From Lytechinus pictus (taxonomy: Eukaryota), in contig NC_087246.1 of NCBI RefSeq assembly GCF_037042905.1, positions 6,574,001-6,638,000 on the forward strand: a DNA stretch of 64,000 nucleotides, read 5' to 3'. A model generated the notes under the pieces. That model searched no databases and was not told the origin of the DNA. It saw only the letters and a list, made by a program, of their open reading frames with translations. Shown in pieces: positions 42,179 through 52,205 of the stretch (its first letter is position 1; every line of letters starts with the position of its first letter). The position numbers were made by a program, and so were the translations under genes.

Positions 42179-43254
42179 TAGTTACAATGGTTGTAATAGT
42201 CTGAATGTCAAGACTGCATTTTTTTTAAACAAATCCCACGCATTGTGAAAAAGGGGGGGAAGACCTCCCCCTCCTCCCTCCCCTTCCACTCTTCCTCCCC
42301 CTCTACCTCTCTGTCTCTCCCTCTCTCTCTCTCTCTCACTCACACACAAACACACACATACTTTCTCTCTCTCGGTTGTCTTCCCCAGCTCCCTTTCTCC
42401 TTTCTGTTTTCTTACTCGCTATATCTTCCTTTCTTCTCTTACTCCTATCTTCCTCTTCGCTGTCCAATCATTTTGCCATGCAATGATTTTATACTTCTAG
42501 CTTTTGTCGACAAATTAAATAGTTCTCTTTATATTCACAATATCAGGAATATTGTTTGTCTGAAAGAAGACGAGAAACTAGGCCGTCGTCCTTTTTTCTC
42601 ACACACCACTGATTGCATACACCAAGCAAGATAGAGTGTTTGGTTTAGATCGCGTTACTCCTAAGAGAAAACTTTATCAGCATCTTGTGAAATATCATGT
42701 TTATTTGATCTCGCAAAGTTAGTGCGATGTATGTTTTAAATACATACGTCAGGTTCTGTGTCTCATTTCATATTTCCTATACTTATTTAACAAATTTCAC
42801 TTTTTAGAGATGACCTTGAGTCAGCTTTTATTTATTCGATCAGCATGGCGAGTGAAAAATATATATGTAGTTTTACATCACCATGGACAACATTGTCTGA
42901 TCTTCTGTTTTGTTTCTTTTACAATATGCAGATTATTGTTTATCAAACAAAGTGTCTGGTCTGGCTCCCTAGATTAACAAAATGGTAATTCGTCGCCATC
43001 CATTTCTTCTTTCTCGCTTTTCCTTCTTAGCATCCGGATTCCTTAATAATGAAGGAATACAAATGATGTTGAAACCGCTGATGCATACCCTTGCATGCTT
43101 TATATTTGCAAAGTAATTTGTGACACGGAAGTCTGAGAGTGTGAAAGAAAGTTGTATCTTGATTAAGTTTGATGTATTGATATCATACCAGCAGACTACA
43201 GAAAGAGTTGCGTTCAAACACAAGTTTAAAAAATCAAGCATAAGTCCCTAATGA

Positions 43255-45990
43255 GTGTTTACGATCTAATATTGACATGGTTGGGTGTGATCATCATATT
43301 GCCGTTCTGTTTTCAGTGTGTTGACGATCTAATGTTGCCATGGTTGGGTGTTATCAAAATATTGCTGTTCTGTTTTCAGTGTGTTGATGATCTAATTCAA
43401 CATATTGATGTTCTTATTTTAATGTGTTGACGATCTAATGTTGCCACCAATACGTGTATAATGCCGTTCTGTTTTAAGTATGTTGACGATCTAATGTTGG
43501 CACGGTTGGGTGTCACCAACATATTGATGTTCTGTTTTCAGTGTGTTTACGATCTTATGTTGGCATGGTTGGGTGTCACCAACATATTGATGTTCAGTTT
43601 TCAGTGTGTTTACGATCTTATGTTGGCATGGTTGGGTGTCACCAACATATTGATGTTCTGTTTTCAGTGTGTTTACGATCTTATGTTGGCATGGTTGGGT
43701 GTCACCAACATATTGATGTTCTGTTTTCAGTGTGTTTACGATCTTATGTTGGCATGGTTGGGTGTCACCAACATATTGATGTTCAGTTTTCAGTGTGTTT
43801 ACGATCTTATGTTGGCATGGTTGGGTGTCACCAACATATTGATGTTCAGTTTTCAGTGTGTTTACGATCTTATGTTGGCATGGTTGGGTGTCACCAACAT
43901 ATTGATGTTCAGTTTTCAGTGTGTTTACGATCTTATGTTGGCATGGTTGGGTGTCACCAACATATTGATGTTCTGTTTTCAGTGTGTTTACGATCCTATG
44001 TTGACACGGTTGGGTGTCACCAACATATTGATGTTCTGTTTTCAGTGTGTTTACGATCTTATGTTGGCATGGTTGGGTGTCACCAACATATTGATGTTCA
44101 GTTTTCAGTGTGTTTACGATCTTATGTTGGCATGGTTGGGTGTCACCAACATATTGATGTTCTGTTTTCAGTGTGTTTACGATCCTATGTTGACACGGTT
44201 GGGTGTCACCAACATATTGATGTTCTGTTTTCAGTGTGTTTACGATCTTATGTTGGCATGGTTGGGTGTCACCAACATATTGATGTTCTGTTTTCAGTGT
44301 GTTTACGATCTTATGTTGGCACGGTTGGGTGTCACCAACATATTGATGTTCTGTTTTCAGTGTGTTTACGATCTTATGTTGGCATGGTTGGGTGTCACCA
44401 ACATATTGATGTTCTGTTTTCAGTGTGTTTACGATCTTATGTTGGCATGGTTGGGTGTCATCAACATATTGCTGTTCAGTTTTCAGTGTGTTTACGATCT
44501 TATGTTGGCATGGTTGGGTGTCACCAACATATTGATGTTCTGTTTTCAGTGTGTTTACGATCTTATGTTGGCATGGTTGGGTGTCACCAACATATTGATG
44601 TTCAGTTTTCAGTGTGTTTACGATCTTATGTTGGCATGGTTGGGTGTCACCAACATATTGATGTTCAGTTTTCAGTGTGTTTACGATCTTATGTTGACAT
44701 GGTTTGGTGTCACCAACATATTGATGTTCTGTTTTCAGTGTGTTTACGATCTTATGTTGGCATGGTTGGGTGTCATCAACATATTGATGTTCAGTTTTCA
44801 GTGTGTTTACGATCTTATGTTGGCATGGTTGGGTGTCATCAACATATTGATGTTCTGTTTTCAGTGTGTTTACGATCTTATGTTGGCATGGTTGGGTGTC
44901 ACCAACATATTGATGTTCTGTTTTCAGTATGTTTACGATCTTATGTTGGCATGGTTGGGTGCCATCAACATATTGATGTTCTGTTTTCAGTATGTTTACG
45001 ATCTTATGTTGGCATGGTTGGGTGTCACCAACATATTGATGTTCAGTTTTCAGTGTGTTTACGATCTTATGTTGACATGGTTGGGTGTCACCAACATATT
45101 GATGTTCTGTTTTCAGTGTGTTTACGATCTTATGTTGGCATGGTTGGGTGTCACCAACATATTGATGTTCTGTTTTCAGTGTGTTTACGATCTTATGTTG
45201 GCATGGTTGGGTGTCACCAACATATTGATGTTCAGTTTTCAGTGTGTTTACGATCTTATGTTGGCATGGTTGGGTGTCACCAACATATTGATGTTCAGTT
45301 TTCAGTGTGTTTACGATCTTATGTTGGCATGGTTGGGTGTCATCAACATATTGATGTTCTGTTTTCAGTGTGTTTACGATCTTATGTTGGCATGGTTGGG
45401 TGTCACCAACATATTGATGTTCTGTTTTCAGTGTGTTTACGATCCTATGTTGGCACGGTTGGGTGTCACCAACATATTGATGTTCTGTTTTCAGTGTGTT
45501 TACGATCTTATGTTGGCATGGTTGGGTGTCACCAACATATTGATGTTCTGTTTTCAGTGTGTTTACGATCTTATGTTGGCACGGTTGGGTGTCACCAACA
45601 TATTGATGTTCTGTTTTCAGTGTGTTTACGATCTTATGTTGGCATGGTTGGGTGTCACCAACATATTGATGTTCTGTTTTCAGTGTGTTTACGATCTTAT
45701 GTTGGCATGGTTGGGTGTCATCAACATATTGCTGTTCAGTTTTCAGTATGTTGACGATCTAATGTTGACATGGTTTGGTGTCATCAACATATTGCTGTTC
45801 AGTTTTCAGTGTGTTGACGATCTAATTCAACATATTGTTGTTCTTATTTTAATGTGTTGACGATCTAATGTTGCCACCAATACGTGTTTATTGCCGTTCT
45901 GTTTTAGTATGTTGATGATCTAATGTTGGCATGGCTTGGTGTCATCAATATATTGCCGTTCTGTTTTCATTATGTTGACGATCTAATGTT
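43255..45990. repeat. 63-bp minisatellite: 36 near-identical core units plus degenerate flanking units
   Basis: Unit CAGTGTGTTTACGATCTTATGTTGGCATGGTTGGGTGTCACCAACATATTGATGTTCTGTTTT. Equivalent positions 43491 and 45759 are 2268 bp apart = 36 x 63. Confidence 0.98.
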
Positions 45991-46019
45991 CACATAACTT
46001 TATAAATCTCATGGATTTT

Positions 46020-46295
46020 AATAATAATAATAATATGGGGTATTTATATTGCGCACATATCCACCTTGTTAGGTGCTCAAGGCGCTCCTATATTACCCGG
46101 CTAAGCTAGGCGTTCATAGCGCGCACAGCTTTTTAAGGGATTATTTCCTACCGGTACCCATTTACCTCACCTGGGTTGAGTGCAGCACACTGTGGATCAG
46201 TTTCTTGCTGAAGGAAATTACGCCATGGCTGGGATTCGAACCCACGACTCTCTGTTTCAAAGTCCGAAGACTAATCCACTGGGCCACAACGCTCC
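46020..46295 (-). mobile_element. Full-length tRNA-derived SINE with central conserved domain and L2-like tail
   Basis: A box TGGCCCAGTGG and B box GGTTCGAATCC. Central TTCCTTCAGCAAGAAA...CAACCCAGGTGAGGTAAATGGGTACC. Tail GAGCGCCTTGAGCACC...GCGCAATATAAAT...(TAT)n. Confidence 0.9.
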
Positions 46296-46597
46296 ACTTT
46301 ATTATCTGACTCATTAAGAGCAAGAAAAATAGTGTACTTGACACAGTGCACTTTTATGAAAAGTACATGGAAAGCATTCATAATGCAAATCTTGATAATT
46401 TGTTTATACTAATGTCATTACGTTCGTGTAACTTAGAAACTGGGCGCAGCCATTTCTGACTAAAATTTAATTTGAGATTTTCACAAACAGGAAGTAATCT
46501 GGAGTAGATTTTTGTTTCTTGTTTTTTGCAATATTTGGATTGATTTTTTTTCTTTTTTTCATGCCTCCCCAACCTCCCCATCGTGTCTACTATCACC

Positions 46598-46631
<34 letters not shown>

Positions 46632-47139
46632 AGATTTTATCCACATGCATTCAATCACTTTCGGATCACCATCGTTGTGCATGTAAATCCAATTTAAATT
46701 TAATTTGTCCCTTGAAGAATTAGCGCACTAGCTGCCATAATCCTTGTTATTATTCACGATTTATGCCGCAAGCATGATGTATTGCAGTGATTTGAGGCGT
46801 TTTTGGTTGTCATATCAACCGCTTAAATCTGCATCTTTTCAAGCTTCGCCCCCTCTATACCCTGTTGTAATTTCATTTATTCGAATGAGGAGCTGTCGTA
46901 AACTAAATGTTCTGGAAAGTGCGATTTGGATATCCTGTCGCACAGATATAACCATGGTTATATTATTATTATGTTTCTTCCGTACTTGCTTAGTTTTGTA
47001 TGTTTGTTTTTTCGTTATTTGTTTGTGTTTGTTTGTTTTTTGTTAGGGGAACAAAATACCCATTTATATAAACGAACTTCATCATTGATTCAGAAATAAA
47101 TAAAACTACATTTAATTTGAAGCAATTTAGTGTAACGAG

Positions 47140-47692
47140 CCTAAAGCCTAACGCCGGATCAGATATGGGATGATCCGGGGAGAGATCTGTGTAGAAGCCA
47201 TGGGTATTTTAGGAGGTCCATATAATTCAAAATCGTCTGGCGTCATCCGTGAACTGTCGTGTTTGCATATCAATCTGGGTTGGTCTACGTAGCTGGCCTG
47301 TCGGTCCGTAGAGCTGCCGTGTTGGTCCTAGTCAAGATTGGATGTTGATGTATGGAAATTCTCTTTCCCAAAGAGAGAATGGGAGATGTGGGGCTAAGCA
47401 CTGTTTTAGGGATTGAGAGTCAAGAGGTCCTCTATGTTATATTTGGGAAAGAGGTATTCCATACATCAACGTGTCATATCTGGACTATGTTGGTCCATGA
47501 TGACATCCTGATGGTCAGTGTAGACTCCGTGTTCTGCCGGCATGGCCCGTGTAGATCCATGTGTAGATGCAGTGTGTAGAGCCATCAACGCTTTTCGACG
47601 CTCGATCCGGGGCAAAATTATCCCGAACCAACCTGGATCATGCCGGCATGATCCGGGGATCGCCTTGTAGATCATGATATGTAACCGGGTCT
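47140..47692. mobile_element. Probable DNA transposon remnant rich in GATCCGG motifs
   Basis: GC-rich segment with recurrent GATCCGGG/GGATCA motifs, ending ATGTAACCGGGTCTA. Left TIR not evident. Confidence 0.35.
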
Positions 47693-48465
47693 ATAAATTT
47701 CGTACATGAAATCAAATAGTCCATACTTTGTGAAATGTACTAGTCTGTAATACGTTTCTGCCTCGTAATGAGTCAATTATACTTAATGACAAAATGGTTA
47801 TATGTATCTTATCTAAATCTCTCATGTGACCAGTCATTTATTTTTGCGAAGAAAATTTTACCAATGACCGGTAACGATAACCTGTTCTATTGACCGGTCA
47901 GGAATTAGGGATGATCATGGTTTGTCAAATAACAATGACCCACTTCACTCTCCTAAAAAAAATGAACATATGATACACAGGATTTTGTTCAAACATATGT
48001 TTTTACAAATCTGATAGCGCATTGTCTAAGCATATCAAATAATCTATATCTTGTGAATTCTACAATGCCGTTACTATTCTGCCTCGTAATGAGTGAATAT
48101 CTTCATTTGAGTCATTATTAATGGTGATATATATGAAAAATGGGAATTAATAGACTGAGAAGTAGCTTTTACCCACTTTTCTGCTAATGACCATTGGCGT
48201 GGGAATGTAATTAGATTAGTAAGGACAGTTGCTTTCTTGACTACTCCATATAAATTTCAAGAAGACGTTTCCATGGTTACACATGATCCATCATGTTCAC
48301 GTTTCTAGTAATGAATTCATTAAATACTGTAAAGTTGATTCTGTCGTGCAATAATATTCTTCTTGTTTCCCAGCTATTGATTTATTGATTTTATCAGCGT
48401 CTACTATTTGCATTTTAAAAAGGGATCGTTTATTATTCACTATTCTTTGTTTTGCAGGATTCTCT

Positions 48466-48468
48466 CCA

Positions 48469-48510
<42 letters not shown>

Positions 48511-48602
48511 CCAACCCCTCCCCCCCCCCCCTCCTCCCCCTCTCTCTCCCCCTCTCTCTCTCTCACACTTCCCTCTCTATATCTATCTATCTATATATAT
48601 AT
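48466..48602. repeat. (CT)n/poly-C polypyrimidine tract
   Basis: Directly visible. Similar tracts at ~11477-11640, 29487-29577 and 42263-42460. Confidence 0.9.
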
Positions 48603-49024
48603 AAATATCTCTATAACCATTTATCTTTGCAAAAACAAACTAAATCTGACAAAAATCAGTTACTGAGAAAACGGTGCGTTCTTCGGGTATGTATGTAATT
48701 TTGTTTGTTTGTTTGCATGTATATATTTTTCTTTTAATTTACACTGTTTGTTTGTTACTTTATATTACAGTCACGTTTAAATCAGATCAAGTTTCTGTTT
48801 CATAATGGATACAATTGTGTTACTTTGCCATGCCGGCAACTACCATGGTAACAGGGCTCAGAACCCAGTTTTAATGGCAGTTACCATAATCATTAACTTG
48901 TATTATTGATGGCCACTAGTATACCTACAGAAGAGTGGTAGACTACCTTAAGACGAGTGTTGAAGACATTAAAAAGAAAAGAAGAGAGTCTAGTTGTCTA
49001 TACTCCAGCTGAAGGTGCTTAGTG

Positions 49025-49190
49025 CATTCAAGGAATCAATCCTGACGGGTACCCATTCACCTCACCTGGGTTGAGTGCAGCACTATATGGGTGAATTTCT
49101 TGCAGAAGGAAAACACGCCATGGCTGGGATTCGAACCCACGTCTCTCAAATTGAATGACGAGATTCGTAAACACTAGACCACAACACCCC
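49025..49190 (-). mobile_element. SINE copy (head and central domain) of the 46020-46295 family
   Basis: Shares CACCTCACCTGGGTTGAGTGCAGCAC-like and ACGCCATGGCTGGGATTCGAACCCACG segments with the 46 kb copy. Confidence 0.85.
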
Positions 49191-50471
49191 CATGATACAG
49201 TTTTCCAGTTACATCGGTGATTGGTACCCATTTAAACGGCAATCATGAAAATCAATTCTCAATTTGGTGTAAATGTCCACTGAAACCGGTTCAAGGAAAA
49301 CAAGAGAAAGAAAATCAGAGACTTAAATCTAAAATATGCCGATTGTAATTCAAGAGAGGTCGCTATCCCTACTCGCGCAAATGTAAACATTGATGTACGT
49401 GCATATCAATACACTGATTGCGTTTGGGGCTTACTTCTATTTTTCACGCCATACCACGTAAAATAAGCAAAAGAAACCAATATTTATTTTGTTCAAGCAT
49501 CTGTCTTATTTTCCCCTTCATTTTGCAAACATTCATTTTGAAATAGAATTTACAAATGAAAACATGCCTATATTCTCGAGGTGGTAATTTGTACATTACT
49601 AGTACACAGTTATTGAAGGCGGATTTAAGGTATGAATTATCACATAATAATCCTTTCCACGGACTATTGTAAAATTTCGTCACAAGCATCAACAAGGTAA
49701 ACCCAGTCACATCACTTTGATTGTACATTGACGCTATTATATTGGATCAGAGTTAACTAACGAAGGTGGAGGTAGATCCAGATCTGTATAGAAATATCTA
49801 GATCCAATGGATTGATACTGAATTAACAACAAACTGTATATTTTATCATTTTGGAAGAATGCACTGACCCCTTGCTAGGAAAATATATACCGACTATTCA
49901 TTTGTATACAATACATCACACACTATTAAAATTTTAACAAAACATCTCAATAAATTATTTTCCCTTGGGAACGAGAGGTAGTCGGAAAGGTTCTCGACTA
50001 AGAAAAAATAATGCCTCCATGTTTATTTATACTGATAACCGTGATATCAGGATGCGAATATTTAAGGTAACCAATATAATTCATTATTTTTATGCTATTT
50101 TTACAATATTGTGTTTGTCAGGGTGAACTTCCCCTTTCAGCTACACAATCTGTTCTGCCTTTCATGATGGCGATGATAGATTATTTTCTTCAGAACGCAA
50201 ATTATCATTTTTTTTCTTGTTGGCCCATCGGAAGGCAGTTCAAACTTTAGATCTCATATCTTTGGTTACAAAGTATTGAAATACCTCGTTATGCCAAGCT
50301 AGGTCCATATCATACTAGGATGGTGTAGCATAAAGAGATACGATTGATATCTACGATTAATTTTAACTCCTTGTACATGATTTGACATAGACTTACAGTT
50401 AGGCTTAATTGTATTGATTGTATCTTTTATGTAACAGGGCCCAGGAGTAAAACAGGTACATTTGTTTCTTG

Positions 50472-50782
50472 CATGGGCGAAAATCCCAGGGGGGGCAGGG
50501 GGAACTCGTCCCCCTACCAAAAATAGTAGGGGGACACAATATCAAATAACTATTTTTTGGTCTTTTATGATGGAGAAAAATACAACATTCGCAATGGAAA
50601 TAATACATATATTTTGGACTAAATGACATTACATTTTGGGTGAAAACCTTTTTTGCTTGTCAATTTTTTTTTGGGCTAAGATGACCTTACATTTTGGGTG
50701 ATAACCTTTTTCTTTTTTTTTTACTTGTCAAATTTTCCAGCCCCTGGTTCCCCCTACCTTTGGGGAAAGATTTCCGCCCATG
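50472..50782. mobile_element. hAT-like MITE ~0.6 kb downstream of the amylase stop codon
   Basis: TIR CATGGGCGAAAATC / GATTTCCGCCCATG. Perfect 8-bp TSD GTTTCTTG at 50464-50471 and 50783-50790. Confidence 0.9.
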
Positions 50783-51373
50783 GTTTCTTGGTACTTGCAG
50801 AATGTCATTACAACTGTATATATAAACACATAGAAAATCTAGTTTTGTATCACACACTTTGTAGTAAAAAGATAAAAATTATTATAATATACACGTAAAT
50901 CGATATATTTGAAGGTCATGTCCATGTTTTCCTATTAATGCTATCTGTAAATGTGCTCGTCTCCAAGATTGTTCTGAATAATTAAATCAATTGACCATCG
51001 TTTGAAAGACGTTCGACCAATTTGGTCGCACGATGTCACAGACAGATATTTCCTTCGTTTGACCATCAACAAAAAAGCAAGAACAGCATGAAAATTGACA
51101 TGATGATGAAAAGTATACAGATGCTTATCCCTAGATTTCGTAGCGTCTCCGAGTCTATCACAAGAAGGTACAAACGCCATGGAGCAATCACTGCTCGGTA
51201 CGCTGAAACTATATCAAGTCTACATCGTCTAACATTCAGTCGATATTGACAGAGTCGTGTGTTTGATCTTAACAGCATGTACATAGGACGTCCCTGTAAC
51301 ACTCTCCGACGGGATCAGCGCTTAAGCAGCTCTGTTTGTGTTTTGTGAATAAATATATAAACTTAATAAAATA

Positions 51374-52205
51374 TTATGCATTGCACTTGCCACTTCCACT
51401 ACCTGCCTTCGCGCCGACGTGAATTGCTACCATTGGATCTTCACCTGCATATATATCAAAACTAGCCATCCCCGCAGCATCTACAGCAACAATAAACCCA
51501 GTACAACCCGATGCAGTTGGATCGCCACTTATTACATCACAATAGATTCCTGGAGGAAGACCAGTGTAGAGCGTTCTAGAAAGTGCATGTGGTTCATTGT
51601 TGAGAACAAAGAACGCTTTTCCTCCACGAGAAAATGCAATCTGATTGTGCCCATTGTCCCACCAGTTCTGTACCGGGTATCCCTTAGCTGCGTTCCTGAA
51701 ACATGCCATGTTGCGGATTTGTCTCCATCTGTGTTCGCATACCCAGCCCCCATTGCATGTGGTATCCGAGTTGATTGTGGGTCCCTGTGTATTTCCGTAT
51801 TCATCCGCTGGTGGTCCTTGATCTGTATCGATGAAGTCATAGCTACTCATCACACGCGTCACGCCATAGTCCCACGCCAGCATAAACGCGGTAGCTTTCT
51901 TATATTCATACGGCATCTTGTGGGTCAAGACGTTGCCTCCACCACCGTGATTTCGCTGGTTGTCGTGGTTATCGATGAACACTAGCGCTTTGTCACGTGG
52001 CATCAATCCCCATTGTTCACCGAACCCTGAAAACCAGACAGCATCTTTTGAAGCAGTCCCAATCCCGAAGACTTCGTCACCATACTTGAACTCAGTTACA
52101 GACCCAATGTCGAAATACTCTGATGCTTTGACGGCCTCGTGGCTGGTTCGGTCTATGACCTCTTGGTAAATGTATGGTTTGGTATTCCAGATCGTCCTCC
52201 TTATC
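51374..52205 (-). CDS. Amy: Alpha-amylase last coding exon (end of catalytic barrel plus domain C)
   Basis: Acceptor ttccag|GATAAGG. Encodes (R)[18 protein letters not shown]...EFKYG...FIDNHDNQR...GWVCEHRW...YCDVISG...[17 protein letters not shown]. Extends ORF 51374..52006 upstream in frame. Confidence 0.95.

Noticed and set aside
562..43241. Numerous 60-130-aa ORFs in the track
   Set aside because: Low-complexity or repeat-derived (YIYI, SLSL, PPPP, DDDD), many with non-ATG starts. None shows a recognisable domain except the transposase relic.
43541..45754. C2H2 zinc-finger array (CLRSYVGMVGCHQH fits C-x3-Y-x8-H)
   Set aside because: The period is 21 aa rather than 28. The first Cys, the second His and the TGEKP-type linker are all missing.
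43461..45860. 799-aa and 737-aa ORFs as real proteins (e.g. a multi-pass membrane protein)
   Set aside because: They arise from a stop-free 63-bp (21-codon) tandem unit. There is no unique domain, and the variants checked in the longest frame are all non-synonymous.
43255..45990. CRISPR array
   Set aside because: Units are head-to-tail with no unique spacers, there are no cas genes, and the context is eukaryotic with spliceosomal introns.
46220..46295. Functional tRNA genes at 12.2, 46.2, 49.1, 52.5 and 59.3 kb
   Set aside because: A/B boxes are present, but most run directly into SINE core sequence and I could not fold an intact cloverleaf for any of them.
51348..51370. Two plus-strand AATAAA next to the amylase stop, suggesting a convergent transcript
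   Set aside because: Expected by chance in AT-rich 3' UTR sequence, and no plus-strand gene is evident.
51419..52169. Plus-strand ORFs 51419..51985 and 51960..52169 and alternate-frame ORF 51532..51840
   Set aside because: Shadows of the amylase last exon with no recognisable motifs.
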